A program made the position numbers and the translations under genes. Positions 1 through 12,532 of a stretch of 64,000 nt of DNA are shown here, piece after piece. The notes beneath the pieces were generated by a model, which was given only the letters and a program-made list of their open reading frames with translations, had not been told where the DNA came from and did no database searches. The stretch is taken from NCBI RefSeq assembly GCF_009914755.1, contig NC_060947.1; one strand, written 5' to 3'. Source of the stretch: the human T2T-CHM13v2.0 reference genome, Homo sapiens. Position 1 is the stretch's first letter; the number at the start of each line of letters is the position of its first letter.

Positions 1-145
1 GGGGAGCCCCACTTCCTGGAGCACACTCACAGAGGGCACACTGGAGGAGGCTTGGTGGAGACAGGCGGGAAACACACCCCAGAGCAGGTGAAAAGGGGAC
101 CATGTCAGAGGAAGGAAAGGAGACCTCTAAGCACAGATGAGTGAG

Positions 146-184
146 TGACAGAGAGAGAGGAGAGAGAGAGAGAGAGAGAGAGAG
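146..184. repeat. (GA)n microsatellite
   Basis: Visible GA run. Confidence 0.9.
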
Positions 185-314
185 TAGGAAGGGAGGTCTG
201 TGGTCCTCCCAGAGGACCAAGGCTGCTTCTTCCTGCAGAAGGGCACCTTCAGACACAGCTCAGTCACCCAGGGAGCAAAGGTGCCCAGGAAGGGTGACCG
301 GGGTTGCCACTGAC

Positions 315-424
315 CTTACATAGGCGGACTGGTCCGAGAAGGTGCTGCACAACGGGTTCCCTTCTAGCCATAGCTCTTCGAGCTTCAGCCCTTTCACCTT
401 GCCCAACTCCCACGCCGACTCCAG
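315..424 (-). CDS. NXF2: NXF2 coding exon 10 ([36 protein letters not shown]-), 110 nt; gene continues beyond the window start
   Basis: TAG acceptor at 426-425, GTCAGT donor at 314; [15 protein letters not shown]-cap motif. The 110-nt size matches the conserved NXF1 exon 10. Confidence 0.93.
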
Positions 425-603
425 CTAAGAAAGATGGGGAGGAAACTGGAGAAGGAGGGCCAGGGAAAGAGAGACACCCAGGACCCTGGGCCCTGAATTC
501 CCCCGGCCCTCATAGTCACCCACAGGTGCCACTGCCTGGCTGTTGCCATTATCCTGATGTGTCCTGCCCTCCACCCAAAGTTGATCTGGCTCCCCCTTCT
601 CAC

Positions 604-711
604 CTTATTTTTGGAGAGATTCAGGGTCTTGACTTTGGGAGCCTTCTCTGTAATGTCAGAAAGGCCATCCAGCTGGTACAGCTTGTTGTTGCACAAGTTC
701 AAAGACAACAG
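604..711 (-). CDS. NXF2: NXF2 coding exon 9 (LLSLNLCNNKLYQLDGLSDITEKAPKVKTLNLSKNK), LRR
   Basis: 108 nt; LxxLxLxxNxL repeats; AG/GTGAGA. Confidence 0.95.
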
Positions 712-831
712 CTTTGGGTCAAGAAGAGTTAGAGTGGCGGCTACTATCTTGGGCCTCAGAGACAAATCTGCCCTCCACCTTATCCCTTCCACCCCTCTAA
801 CTAAATACCAGCACTGAGCCTAAGGCTTCAC

Positions 832-920
832 CTCAGGGAAATTTCTTTCAATGATCTTCAGGGTGGCAGCCATGCAGTTTCTTCGATTCAGGATTATATC
901 AATGTCACGGCCCATCAAGT
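832..920 (-). CDS. NXF2: NXF2 coding exon 8 (DLMGRDIDIILNRRNCMAATLKIIERNFPE)
   Basis: 89 nt, AAG acceptor, GTGAAG donor. Confidence 0.95.
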
Positions 921-1076
921 CTTGAAGAAGCCAAGAGAAGGGAATCGGAAGGCTGGGAGGGCCCTGGCTGGACCAGAGCCAGCCCCAACCCCTCTGTAAA
1001 TTGCCATTCCTAAGTCTCCCTCCCAGGCAGACCTCTCTGCCCCCGCTTGTCTTAGAATTGCTGCTGTCAGCCTTAC

Positions 1077-1146
1077 CTGGGTCAAAGCGGAGATTCTGGA
1101 GATCAAGAGCTTGCTGGGAGACATTGTACCGTTTGTTCATGGTCAG
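1077..1146 (-). CDS. NXF2: NXF2 coding exon 7 (LTMNKRYNVSQQALDLQNLRFDP)
   Basis: 70 nt, CAG/GTAAGG; start of the LRR region. Confidence 0.95.
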
Positions 1147-1184
1147 CTGCAGAGATAGAGATGAAGACAGAGGCTCTGGGGCTC

Positions 1185-1252
1185 TGGTGATGGTGGTGGT
1201 GGTGGTGGTGATGGTGGTGGTGGTGGTGGTGGTGGTGGTGGTGGTGGTGGTG
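1185..1252. repeat. (GGT)n/(CAC)n trinucleotide repeat in an NXF2 intron
   Basis: About 22 TGG units with two TGA interruptions. Confidence 0.95.
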
Positions 1253-1329
1253 ACAGGGAAAGAGGGGGCCAGGGGAAGAAGAGGTGGGTCCAGGAAGCAG
1301 GCATACAATGATCCTTGAGTCTGTATTAC

Positions 1330-1410
1330 CTTTAGCATCTCCATTTGGCCTGGCTTCAACTTATTCTTCACAGAGTAGGGCGCAGTAGAATGATTGACAA
1401 ATATACATAT
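1330..1410 (-). CDS. NXF2: NXF2 coding exon 6 (ICIFVNHSTAPYSVKNKLKPGQMEMLK)
   Basis: 81 nt, CAG/GTAATA boundaries. Confidence 0.95.
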
Positions 1411-1525
1411 CTGCAGGAAGGCAGGGTGGTAAGTACCAGGACCTCTAATCCCAAAGAGGATGACCAGCCCCCTGGCCTGTCCTCCTGCCCAGAGACTAAG
1501 TACAGGGCATGCCCTCGGCACACAC

Positions 1526-1630
1526 CTTTTGGTTCTCATCATCATAAATCTTATAACTGACATCCTTCAATGCGGAGGCAGCGCTAGCATCCTGGACAAA
1601 GAAGCATGCCCGATTTCGGACGTAGTGGAA
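1526..1630 (-). CDS. NXF2: NXF2 coding exon 5 ([35 protein letters not shown])
   Basis: 105 nt, AG/GT boundaries, in frame. Confidence 0.95.
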
Positions 1631-1741
1631 CTACAGGGAGTGAAGGCAAGAGCAACAGCGTCAGAGGCCAATGGCCCCTGCTGAGCCAGGCCTCTCCCCG
1701 TCCCCCATGCCCACTCATCTGGCTTCACCATCCTCTCTTAC

Positions 1742-1825
1742 ATCAACCGGAGTGAAGCGGTCACTGCAATGGCTCTGGATTGAATTCATTAGCCATGCCT
1801 TGTCATACTTTATCCCGTAAGGAAT
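1742..1825 (-). CDS. NXF2: NXF2 coding exon 4 ([28 protein letters not shown])
   Basis: 84 nt, AG/GTAAGA boundaries; NXF RRM motif IPYG-KYDK-WL. Confidence 0.95.
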
Positions 1826-2128
1826 CTAAGGGTAAAAAGAAGAAATAGGAGGGAAGGGAGAGACAACGTGGAACTAAGGATGGAGAACAGAACCAACCAG
1901 CTGGGTTTTTTTTTTCTTTCTTTCCAACCTTCTACTTAGCTTAGATTTCTAAAGAAAGGACCGCTGACATGATTTCTTATTTTTGTGCCAAATATAGATG
2001 CCCTAAACTCCCTTTCCCCCCATTCCGAAGCTCTCCTCCAAATAATCAACTTAGGGTGTTTTAAGTGGTCTTCCTTCTATCAGGTTCCAGAATAGTCCAC
2101 CTAATGCAGACCCCACCAAGATACTCAC

Positions 2129-2279
2129 TGTGACCTTAAACCAGTTCCTTGTGTATCCATCCTGTGTGTTCTGACTCATTTTTCTCTCCGGAGGTTTTCT
2201 ATTTCTCCACGTGGTAATACGGATTTCGTCTTCACTATGCCATTTCATTCTTCTTTCGCATCGGATGCTATAAGGAGTG
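2129..2279 (-). CDS. NXF2: NXF2 coding exon 3 (HTPYSIRCERRMKW...NWFKVT)
   Basis: AG at 2281-2280, GTGAGT at 2128; 151 nt; WFKVT begins the NXF RRM-like domain. Confidence 0.95.
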
Positions 2280-2505
2280 CTGTGGGGAAGAGGAGAGAAG
2301 GCGGGTATCCATTAAATCTAAGAAAGTCTCCTATACATGCTCCACTCACTGACGCCAGGGCTACAATTAGGATTGCTCAGCCACTATTCCACTTCCAGCA
2401 TTCGTCAGTTCTCTAATGAGAGAAGAAAAGGAAGACCACAGAGAATGAAAGGGTTGCACAGTCCCGGGGGCTGCTACGTGCAAACCAGGCTGCCTGGTCA
2501 CTTAC

Positions 2506-2695
2506 TGTCTTAGTTGTTGGTCCTTGTGGACATCCCTCATCTCCACGCTTCCATCATTCTCCTGGCAGTGTGAAGGCGGGCGCTCATACCCACCATGTTC
2601 ATAATGACAGCTCCTCTTGTCAAAATTATCCCGGAAAGAACTCCCACCTTTCTTTCTTCCTTGAAAAGTGCTACCATGGTCATGGCATTCTGCAA
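2506..2695 (-). CDS. NXF2: NXF2 coding exon 2 (VAECHDHGSTFQGRKKGG...DQQLR)
   Basis: AG at 2697-2696, GTAAGT donor at 2505; 190 nt; phases agree with neighbouring exons. Confidence 0.93.
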
Positions 2696-3689
2696 CTGAG
2701 AACAAAAAGACAAGTTTGAGACACATCAATGGTCCACTTACCACGTACCACGTCGTGAGCTAACTCCATGGTAGGGCTAGCAAAGTGCCAACCCGCCACA
2801 TAAGCCCCAGAAAACAAACTCCTCTGCCTGTCCAGATACAAGAGCCTTATCTCACAGGTGGCACAATCAGGGTAGGAATCTTGGGAGAGGAAGCAACTGT
2901 GTTGAACCTCCTGAGAAATGGAGCAGGAATTATAAAGAACAGAGGTGCGCGTGTCCATGGGTTAGACTAGACACCAGCCACACACCTGGAAGGGGTCCTA
3001 ATCTTGCCTTCTCTCAGGCTTCTCTAATCTAACAACCACACCAACACCTGGGAGACAAGCTCTCTCGCACCTCCCAAATCCAATCCCCAAATGCATTCTG
3101 TGAACAATCAGCAAGCTATACCTCTTTGCCAGTGCAGTACGAGCTTTAATGACAGGTGGGTCCGATGTAACAGCTTCCCAAGCTGCCCTCCTGCCTCCAG
3201 CCTTGCCCTCAAAAATACTCAGTTTGAAATACCCAGAGCAAGCTTTCTTTTTGCCCAGCCCGAAATGCTTTCAGCCCAAGAGACAACTCTTCCTAAGCAA
3301 GTGACAGAATTACTGGAAAGAAAATCAGCAGATACTGAAAACCACTACAGTAACAGGATCTAAATGACATAAATAAAACACCGTACCCAACACACTGTAC
3401 CCAACAACAAAAACAGAGCATGTATGTTTTTTCCCCCTCTACTGTCTTGCAGCATTCACGAAGGTAGACCATCTCCTGGACCATCAAACAGACCTCGACC
3501 AATTTCAAAATGTACACCTTGTCTCAGGGCACTCTTATGAATAAAATTTCGGTCACTGCTGACCTCTCTGCAATATACTGATTATGGCCAGGCCTCAGAT
3601 GAACTTCTGTAGGGGGCATCATTGCTTTCACTGTGTGTGACCCGCTGTCAGGACAGTCCTGCTCCTCTCGATTGCTGGGACTTTCCCTG

Positions 3690-4060
3690 TGTGCCATTAG
3701 AAGTGAAATTAAATGTGGGCAGAGCATCTGACCTAGACATTCCTGATGCTTGGTCCCTACAACTTGGAAGTGGGGCTGGAGTGCTCTCTTTCTCTCACAC
3801 TCTACATCCAACCGATCAGGATGGATGTATCTTCTCTTGGCTCTACCTTTAAAATATATCCAGAGTCTGGCCACTTCTCACCCCCTCCATTGCTACCTAC
3901 CCTGGCCAGGTCACCAACATCTGTCTCCTGGATTATGCTGCCTTCCAAGTTGTCCTGCTTTTGCCCTTGACTCCCCTACCATCTATTTTCAACACAGGAG
4001 GCAGAGTGATTTTTTAAGGCATAAGTCAAATCTTGTCATTCCTTTACTCAAAATCCTTTA
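3690..4060 (+). mobile_element. L2 LINE fragment
   Basis: L2-like motifs 'ctacctttaaaatatatccaga...ccacttctcacc' and 'cagagtgatttt...aaatc...tcattcctttactcaaaatcctt'. Confidence 0.6.
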
Positions 4061-6899
4061 ACCGCGGTTTGGAGCCCATCAGTATGTTAAAAAGTTATGA
4101 GTCCATAACAATACTCAACAACAGCAACAACAACAACAAAGACCCCTATTGGTGACATTTGGAGGATGTCCAGAAACCAACTCATTTTCATGAAAGTCCA
4201 TAAATGAAAGGGAAAAAAATCAAAGATTAAAGTGAGGGTTAAGGGCACACGGTCAATATATGGAGCACAGGAAGAGTCAGAGTCATTTTTGAGAACACAC
4301 ATTACTTCAGAAATAACGTCACTGAGGGGAAGAAGGTGTAAAAGTGTAAGCTAGCCAACAGCTACAGCTACAGCCTCAGGCAAGGCCTTGTGTTGGAAGA
4401 GAGCACATGTGATAAAAAGCCACAGAGGGACCGGACAGAGAGAGATGCCGAAGACACAACACACACAGGCGTACATCCACTTGCTGAACTCTGGCATCTC
4501 AGCACAATCCCTGTCTCGCAGTTGTGCTGCCAGAATTACGGGCGATCTCAAGAGTATTATAAAGCAGCTAGTACTTCTCACCCAGACCGCCTGGGTTTCC
4601 CCTCAAGTCCCACCATGTACTGGCTGATCCCCCCACACAGACATAGTGGTGAGTAACCTTTATGACATCACGTGTGTTCCTACTGGTACTTCCTGTGTTA
4701 GTTTGGAATTCTGCCTACATCACTGCCATGCCACTGAGTGCATGGCATCAGCATCCCTGCTACGGCAGGGAAAGAACGGGATAAGAAGAAAACCAACCCT
4801 TGCCCAGTGGCAACCAACATCTGCTCAGTGTTGGGCAGACTCACTAGGTTTCTCTTGACCTCCTCACAGAAATCCCATGAGAATTTTATCCACAGTCCCT
4901 TTTCAGATCATGAATATTGGGTTCACAGATGTCGGGTACATTTCCCAGCCAGGTAAGTGGCAGAACAGGAATTATGTCCTCACGTATATTGGTCTGCCTC
5001 TATACCCTGAGTGCTCCTCCAGAGACTGCACTGGTTCTCCCTTAAATGGCAAGCTTTCAGGTCTCATCGACAGATTTTTTTGTAAGCAGGCCGGGATGAT
5101 GTTTTGTGCTAGTCACTCCTGTTGGGGTGGGAACCAGGTGTCTTGGATAAGGTGGAGATCTCTGTCTTGGACCAGATGGGTGTAATCTGTTTGGGCCATG
5201 GGTTTTCAGATTAGGAGTCACTTTGGGCTGGTAGTGTCTGGCATAGAATAAGGGCCTAATTAATATTTGTTAAATGAATGCATTTGATGTAGGTTTGGGA
5301 TCATCGACAAAACCACTTTTGAGAATACATCCATCTGAACCATTTCTACCGACCTCTATTTATATTTATTCCAGAGCTATTCGGGCTGCAGAACTATTTC
5401 ATAACCTGACTGCAAAACTAGAACAAATTAATCTTTTCTTCTGCAACATTAATATTTTTTCATTAATGTATCCTTAGAAATAGAACTGAGTACCTCCCTG
5501 CAGACTGTGGCTAGAACTGCAGCTTTGAAGATCTCAGAGAAGGAGGCTTTTGCAAATAGTGCTGACAGAAATGAGGAGAGGCGTTCCCTGAATCCAGCAG
5601 ATAGGGCTTTCTGGACATCTGGTCTCTGTAGGAAGAATGTTCTGGACCTACAGGCATGTTGTGTTCACTCAGCCTTGTGACAGACAGGAAGCATCATCCC
5701 TGTCTCAGAGAAAGGGAAGAATGTGTGGTCTGTGTGTCCGTGTTGCCCATGCGAGCAAGTATTAGTGTTTCGTATTACATGCTTCCACAATTAGGTTACA
5801 GATACATGTACTCCAAATCATGTTGGTAAACACATTGCCACACAACACTGGATCCCACTGCACATTTCTTTTCATGTGTTATGTATTATATATGGCCAAA
5901 TTTTGTTTCTTGTTCAGAATATGCTTTTTAGTGCTTTTTTTCTTTTCTACCTCTCGGTGTTTTAATATTTGAACTGATAGTTTTAAAATAAGAAAGTAGG
6001 AGAGTTCCCTGTACACAAAAGTAATGGAACAATACCCACAGGTTGACCAGGGTTACAGAGTACCCCCAGCAGGGGTGGCCAAAAAACCCAGTGGAACACA
6101 GCCAGGGCTTCGAAGTGGGTTTAAGATTTTGAGTCCCTGCTCTACAGTTTCCCAGGAGAAGCACATGAGTACTTTTAAGCATAAAGTGATATTTTCGTAA
6201 GGATTTTCAATGATATTTACACCAATATACACTTCCACTAACCGTGTGTGAGTCTAATTTTCTGCAATATGCCTAACCATTCAGAAGTCATTCTTACACT
6301 TTGATCCAGACGTTTCACTTTTCGAATTTATTACATATATCACTCTCTGTCTAAATATATACATATAATTATACGGCTGTGCTTTACAGGTCCTTTGGGA
6401 CAGAAGGATGACGGGACCAGAGAGTGGCTGATATTGTCAAAGGGAGAAGTAGAAATGACTGCCCTTGCAATGAAGTAGACATGGCAAGGAAGGGGCATGA
6501 GTACCTGACATACAGGGTGAAAAGGCCAAGGGATGGATGTGTGGGTCAGAAAGAAGAGGGTGAGTACAGAGAAGACAAAGAAACACACATTGAAAACGCC
6601 TCCAGGGAACTGAATTCATCCTGGCGATATGCTCCCCTCTGAAAACCCTCCTTCCTTCCTGTCCATGTACATCTTGTCTGTCCCTGTTACTTCACTTCAA
6701 GTTGAACACCAGAGAAACAGTTCCCACACAGTCCGAAAAAAGGAGAGATGGTATAGGGCAACACTGTGCAATGATGAGTCTCTTGGACAGAAGGCTGGAG
6801 TCGGGACATTGGTTCCAGAAACCACACCCATCATTGCCCAGCAGACTTTGAGTGGGCCCTGTCGTACTGCTCATTTCAGCCTTGACACAGAGTCGCACA

Positions 6900-7165
6900 T
6901 TATTGGTTATGGGCCTAGGATTTGTGGTCAGATCCATCAGGATTTCAATCCTGGTGCTAAATTCTATGATCCAAGGCAACTAAGTGACCTCGCTGTGACT
7001 CAAGTTCTTTTTGCTTGTTTTCCCCCTAACTCAAAGATAGTAACAGTTTCTACCTCATGGGCTACTGTAAAAATTAAGTGAGTTAACACATGGAAACACG
7101 TGAAAAGCACCTGGAGAAATGCCCGTGACCTAACAAGCACTATAAATAAGTTGTCTATTACTATG
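6900..7165 (+). mobile_element. MIR SINE
   Basis: MIR core: 'ttcaatcctgg...ctacctcatgggct...attaagtgagttaa...aagcac...aataag'. Confidence 0.65.
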
Positions 7166-7999
7166 TCGAGAACGTAGTACAACATCTGGCGTTTATTGAG
7201 GGAGAAATACGTGTTAGTTGCATTCGTTGTTATTAGTCCTCCTGGAAATGACAAGGAAAAGAGATGAGTGAGTGGCATCTGGTTGCCATGTCAGCTATTA
7301 ATGTATCTTACAAAGCGGCAGTAGTAAAACAGGGCAGCCCCGGCTCCAGTGGAGAATCATCTGACATATGGGTTCAGGGAACCAAAACAGAAAGCTCAGA
7401 GCATGAAACAGGTTATGCGGAAGGATTCAGTAGGGAGCTTAAGTTCCCGTTTCCGATCTTTCAGGAAAAAAAAATGTATTATTATGCAAGAAATGTTTCA
7501 GGTTTAAGTGGCAGACTATAAGCAACAAGGTAGAATACTCGTCACGCCACGTGATACAAAGGGAAAGAAAAACAAAGTCAGGTTATAAAACTGTATATTA
7601 CAGTATGATTCCTCAGAAGAAAATATTAATGAGAAGTTATGTTTTCATTTGTAAATATAAACACAAACAAGTCAGGGTAAAGGGACACGTGAGAATGTCA
7701 ACCATGTGTAGAAGTAGGTGGCTGGAATGCAGAATGGTTATACTTTCACACCTACGCTTCATACTTGTATAAGAGGATGTTTATGGCCGGGTCAGGGTTT
7801 TGTCAAGTGCTTGGGGAGAAGCACTTTTCCTATCGACCCATATACAGCATAATGGAAACCGTTTATTACTGACAATCAAGTGTGAATATCTTCTCTCTGA
7901 TTAATAAGCTAACCTCACTTTTGACGACTCATTCAACTTCTCCTGATCCCAGGTTCCTTACATGTAAAAATCAGAGATTAGGGCTAGCTACCACCTCAA

Positions 8000-8268
8000 T
8001 CAAGATATAGAACATATAACACAACCCAAAAGGTTTCCAGTCGATCTCCTCTTCATCCCTTGGCTCCGTGCAAACATTGATATACTTTCCGTTACTATAT
8101 ATTCATCTTCCTGTTCTAGGATTTCACACAAATGGACTTGTGCATGCTGCACCCCTTTGGGTCTGGCTTCTTTAACTCGGCATAATGTTTCTGAGACCCA
8201 TCCATGTTCTTGACTTTTCCTTGCTGAGTAAAAGCCCCTTGATGGATATACCATAATTTGTTCACCTT
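8000..8268 (-). mobile_element. Old L1M (L1ME-like) 3' fragment
   Basis: 'ctttaactcggcataatgtttctgagacccatccatgtt' is typical of L1M 3' ends. Confidence 0.6.
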
Positions 8269-8849
8269 TGATGTTGTTTTAATGAAGTTTCAGGAGGAAG
8301 TGAAAGGAGATCCTTGCCTTCAAAAAGCCATCTTTCTTGGGCAGTCTTCTATTCTTTCGTAATAGACACAATTTCATCCTTTATCACTCCTTTGTCTCTC
8401 TGGGGAAATATTATCTTAATGTCTGTTTCAGCCTCTTCCATTCTTTCTGTTCCCTCAGTGCCAATTATTGGATTTGTTGAGTTTGTGCCATCCCTTCCTT
8501 GCTGATCCTGGGTTGTGGATGTCTTCTGCAGAGGAAGCTCCACTGCTGAATCAGCCCTGGGCTCACAGACACTTAGCTTTAATCCATACCTTGCTCTGGC
8601 CTTGCCGGCAGTTTAGCTTCAAGCCGGACACAACCTGTGGTGGCCCCGGCTTTACCACTGTGTTTTCCCATTTCCTTTCTCTTTGAAAAAGACAATCTTC
8701 TCGATGTCTTACATGGGAATCTTTATTTCATATTTTCCAGCGTAACTATGTATTTATTATTACTGTAATATTATCATTCTGAAACCACAATTATAAAATT
8801 TTAAAATTAAATATTGTGAAAGGCTTGCATTCTTATGATTTAAATTGTT

Positions 8850-9025
8850 CAAGCAGTTCTCAACCATGATTACACATTAGAGCCACTTGGGGACACTGAA
8901 ACAATTCACTAGCACCAGGACACACCCAAAACAATCAAAGCAGAACCGTGGTTAGATCCAGGCAACCACATTTTTTAACTCTCCATGTGAATTGCAGTGT
9001 GCAACCAAGGTTGAAAACAACCGTG
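8850..9025. mobile_element. MER5-like hAT DNA transposon relic
   Basis: 'cagttctcaacc...cacattagag' through 'gtgcaaccaaggttgaaaacaac'. Confidence 0.55.
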
Positions 9026-9687
9026 TTAAAGCCTCAGTTTTTGGCTTATGCTTGCCAGAGGATCCTAGCAATAGCTGCCTCCTCATTTTGCTGACTTCCC
9101 ACTCAGCACTGTTTTGGGGACCCAGTGAGTCTATTAGCTTAGAGGTCAGCAACTTATTAGCTTAGAGGTCAGCAACTATGCCCTGTGGGCCAAATCTACC
9201 CCAGATCCCCATTTCCTTCAAGGTCTTTTGCTTGCAACCAATTTTGCTGCCAAGTACTCTGTTAATCAAGGTCCCAACTTGCCTATGCCAGAATTCACTC
9301 TAGCTCTTTTATACAAACAAGATATCTCTAATAAAATATATTACATAGCTTACAAAAACTCTGTGAGGGCCAGAAAAGCAGGCCTGGATGCTGCACAGCC
9401 AGGAGAAGTCCACCCACGTGATGGAACTGCTACAGCTGAAATACCACTGCTGCCTGCCCGTTAATTGACATGCATGACAGAGACTGAATTCTAGAAACTC
9501 TGCAATGGCTGCCGCATGAAAACTGGAGACCTCCCTCATCACGGGTAGTCCACCCCACATATGGCTCCCATGTTATTCAGTTCCACCTCTGAGTCTCATG
9601 TTGGCACATACGCTTGATGCGATAAATATCCCATTTGAGACCCTAACTGCAAGGGACTCTGGTAAATTGTATGTGTGTGAGAGTGTA

Positions 9688-9689
<2 letters not shown>

Positions 9690-9735
<46 letters not shown>

Positions 9736-9762
9736 CGAGAGAGAGAGAGAAAGAGAGTGTGT
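9690..9762. repeat. Compound (GT)n(GA)n microsatellite
   Basis: Directly visible. Confidence 0.9.
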
Positions 9763-9989
9763 GCGCACATGCGTGGGGTCATGTGCATGTGTGTTTCCTT
9801 TCATGTTCCAACTTTCTAGTCTCTACAGTACAGGAAAGCATATAAGAATGTTTAAGAGTGCTGGAATAGTTGCCAAGTAAGCAGATTCATCGTATATTTC
9901 ACAAGACATGTTTTCTGTTGTAAATGGTATATTTACAATAATGATGGTATTTTCTTTGTTACAATGGTTTGTGTATGTTCGTCTTATAG

Positions 9990-11000
9990 CCAACAAACTT
10001 GTTAATCTCCATTATTATTTTTAATTTTCTGTAGCTTCTCTTGAGTTTCATATGAAGATAGTCACGTTGACAGCTTTTTCACTTTTATACACGTATTAAT
10101 TTATGTATGTAGGCATGCATGTATCACAGCTTACCGCACTGCCTAGTATGACATATGGCTTACTGCACTAGACTCAGTACGACATTGAACAGAATTCGTC
10201 ATACCAGTCATCTTTATCCCTTTTCTGATTGTAAGGAGAATACTTCTAATGTTTTACTATTAAGGGTGGTGTCTGATGGGGTCTATTGTTTTGATACCCA
10301 TTGTCAGTTTAAAGAGATAGCTTTCTATATTACCGATCTGCTGAGAATTATTGGTATTGTTGTTGTTCAATCCCGGTTGGTTAATTTATTGCATACTTTT
10401 TTTTTTAACTGGATCTTTTGTGGTATTTGTCCTGTCCTCCTCCCTTTATTCAGCTAATGTGTTAGATTACATTATGGATCTCTTAAAATGTTAAACTCAG
10501 CTTGCATGCTTGGGATTAAACACAACCTCGTCATGCTGTATTATCTGCTTTACCCATTGTTGGGTTTAGTTTGCTATTAATTGATTTATATTATTTGCGT
10601 TTATGTAACTAATTCGGGTTGGCTAGTAATTTTGCCTTTGCATGTATTCCTTGTCAAGAATACATTGAATAAACCAAGGTTTTCTATTCCTTCAGTTTGG
10701 AAAGTTATATATATTTTTCCCCTGGAATTCATCAATTTAATCTAAATTTTCAAATTTTCACATCCTTTTCATAATGTGATCTTTTTCAATCTTTTCTGTC
10801 ACTGTAAGTGTGACACTATCTTCATTCCAAAAGTGGCTGACCCGCACCACCTCGCTAATTTTCTCTGCCCGTGTGGCCAGAGATTTTATCATTATCCTGC
10901 GCTTCTGAAACACTGACATCTAGCAATTTTGTTCAACTCTCTCACATGGTGTTTTCACTTTCATCAAGGTAGGCTCTATTTTTTTATCATTTTTCCTCAA
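9990..11000 (-). mobile_element. Degenerate old L1M ORF2 fragment
   Basis: T-rich, with decayed antisense L1 ORF2 motifs (e.g. 'cagcttgcatgcttgggattaaacacaacctcgtcatg'). Confidence 0.5.
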
Positions 11001-11274
11001 CATAGCGGTAAGACATGGGGATTATTCCACATTAAGTAAATGATCAATGAAAAGTCCTTTCATCTACCACCTGGTTTTATTTTTATAATTGAATACAATG
11101 GATATTCAAATATCCAATACATTCCCTCATTTGGAAAAGACCTCTGGCTTATCAGTGCTGGTCTTTTTAACCAGTGCCATCGTGTCTATTCAATTAAACT
11201 ATCAGATGATTAAGGAAGAGGGCATTGCATCATTGATGTAAAAGAATTTTTACTATAAGCTTCCTTTAAGAGAA

Positions 11275-11970
11275 GAGCAGGCAACGTAGAAAGAAGCAGA
11301 AAGGACATCGACTTTGAAATCACGCCTGGGTGGATTCAAATCCTGATTCTGTCACTTACGGCCGATGTGATGTTAGGCAAGTACTTAATCCCTCCCAGCT
11401 TTGATTCCTTCATGCAGTAGTCAGTGCTGCCATTTACCAAGTGTTTACATTCTCCCCTGTACCAGGCACCTGGTAGGACTGCCCGACCCGACTGCCTTCC
11501 TTGGGGCAGGGCCGTGCATGTGACTAGCTCTGGCCAATGGGTTGTGAGTGACGAGTGACACGGGTTATTTCTGGGTCAGAACCTTTGGTTGTTGGTTTGA
11601 GACCCTCTACGGCTCTCTCCCACTCTGACGCAGTGAGTAACCCCTTTCTAGATGGTGGCTGCTCCATTAGTTTGGGTCTCTGAGTCATTCCAATAAGAAT
11701 GGCTCAGAACCCAACATCCACCATCCCGTGAAGGATATGCACCTGGCATAAACATGCAGCAGGAGTGAGAAATAAGTCACTGAGGTTTGGGGGTTGCCTA
11801 TAAGCACAGCGTTACACTCAGCCTCTCCTGACTCATATATCTCATCTGTCAATTAAGATAACACCCTCTCAGGACTTTCCTGAGGGTTAAATGCAGTAAC
11901 TTGCATGACAGCCGAGGTTATCACAGTGCTTGACATATGACAGGGGCTCAAACTATGGCAGCTGTAATTA
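11275..11970. mobile_element. MIR split by an MLT1-type MaLR solo LTR (about 11415-11838)
   Basis: MIR halves 'ttcaaatcctg...ggcaagtacttaa' and 'ctcatctgt...gtgcttgacat' flank LTR-like sequence ending 'gaggtttggggg...cctgactcatata'. Confidence 0.55.
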
Positions 11971-12532
11971 TTAAGTAATAATAAAATGGTTCTGAAGAAG
12001 TGTGGTTTTTTATTGTGTAAAATGAGCGGTACTGCATCTGCTTGTCCTGACAGGTAAGTTGTATCTTGTTTTCAAGAGTGGGGGCACTTTATTTGCTGCC
12101 ACAGGTAAGGCTTCCTAATGACTTGCATTTATGCACATATTGTCTGCCACCACCATGGTATCAGATGCATGCTTGGCGGTATCTCTGAAGAGTAAAAAAG
12201 TACAAAGATTCAAGCAGGAGAGACTGACTGATGACATGAGATAAAATGAATTAAAGAGCAACAATCAATGTCTTAATGAGCAGACTAGATTACAACTATT
12301 ATAAACCCACATTCCATTGTTCTGAGTAAACAAAGGCACAAGGTTTTAAAGTGTTAGAAGATGTAGTCTGAACAGGGTTTCCCCAAATATTTTCTGAAGA
12401 ACACTGGTACCTCAAATGCTCTGTGGAAAAAAATGTTCCATTCCCATACAAGTTGGGGAAAGTAGCCCCCCCTTTGAGACTCGTGTTGTTTATTAGCATA
12501 TCATCTAAAAAAATCCTACAGTATTCGTTTAC

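Noticed and set aside
8266-8690. Purine-rich minus-strand segment with AG at 8527-8526 and GT at 8265, a possible cryptic NXF2 exon
   Set aside because: Contains an in-frame stop, the donor coincides with an L1 boundary, the implied upstream intron is only 64 nt, and I recognise no homology.
9132-9177. 23-bp perfect tandem duplication TATTAGCTTAGAGGTCAGCAACT
   Set aside because: Ordinary slippage duplication at the edge of a MER58-like relic.
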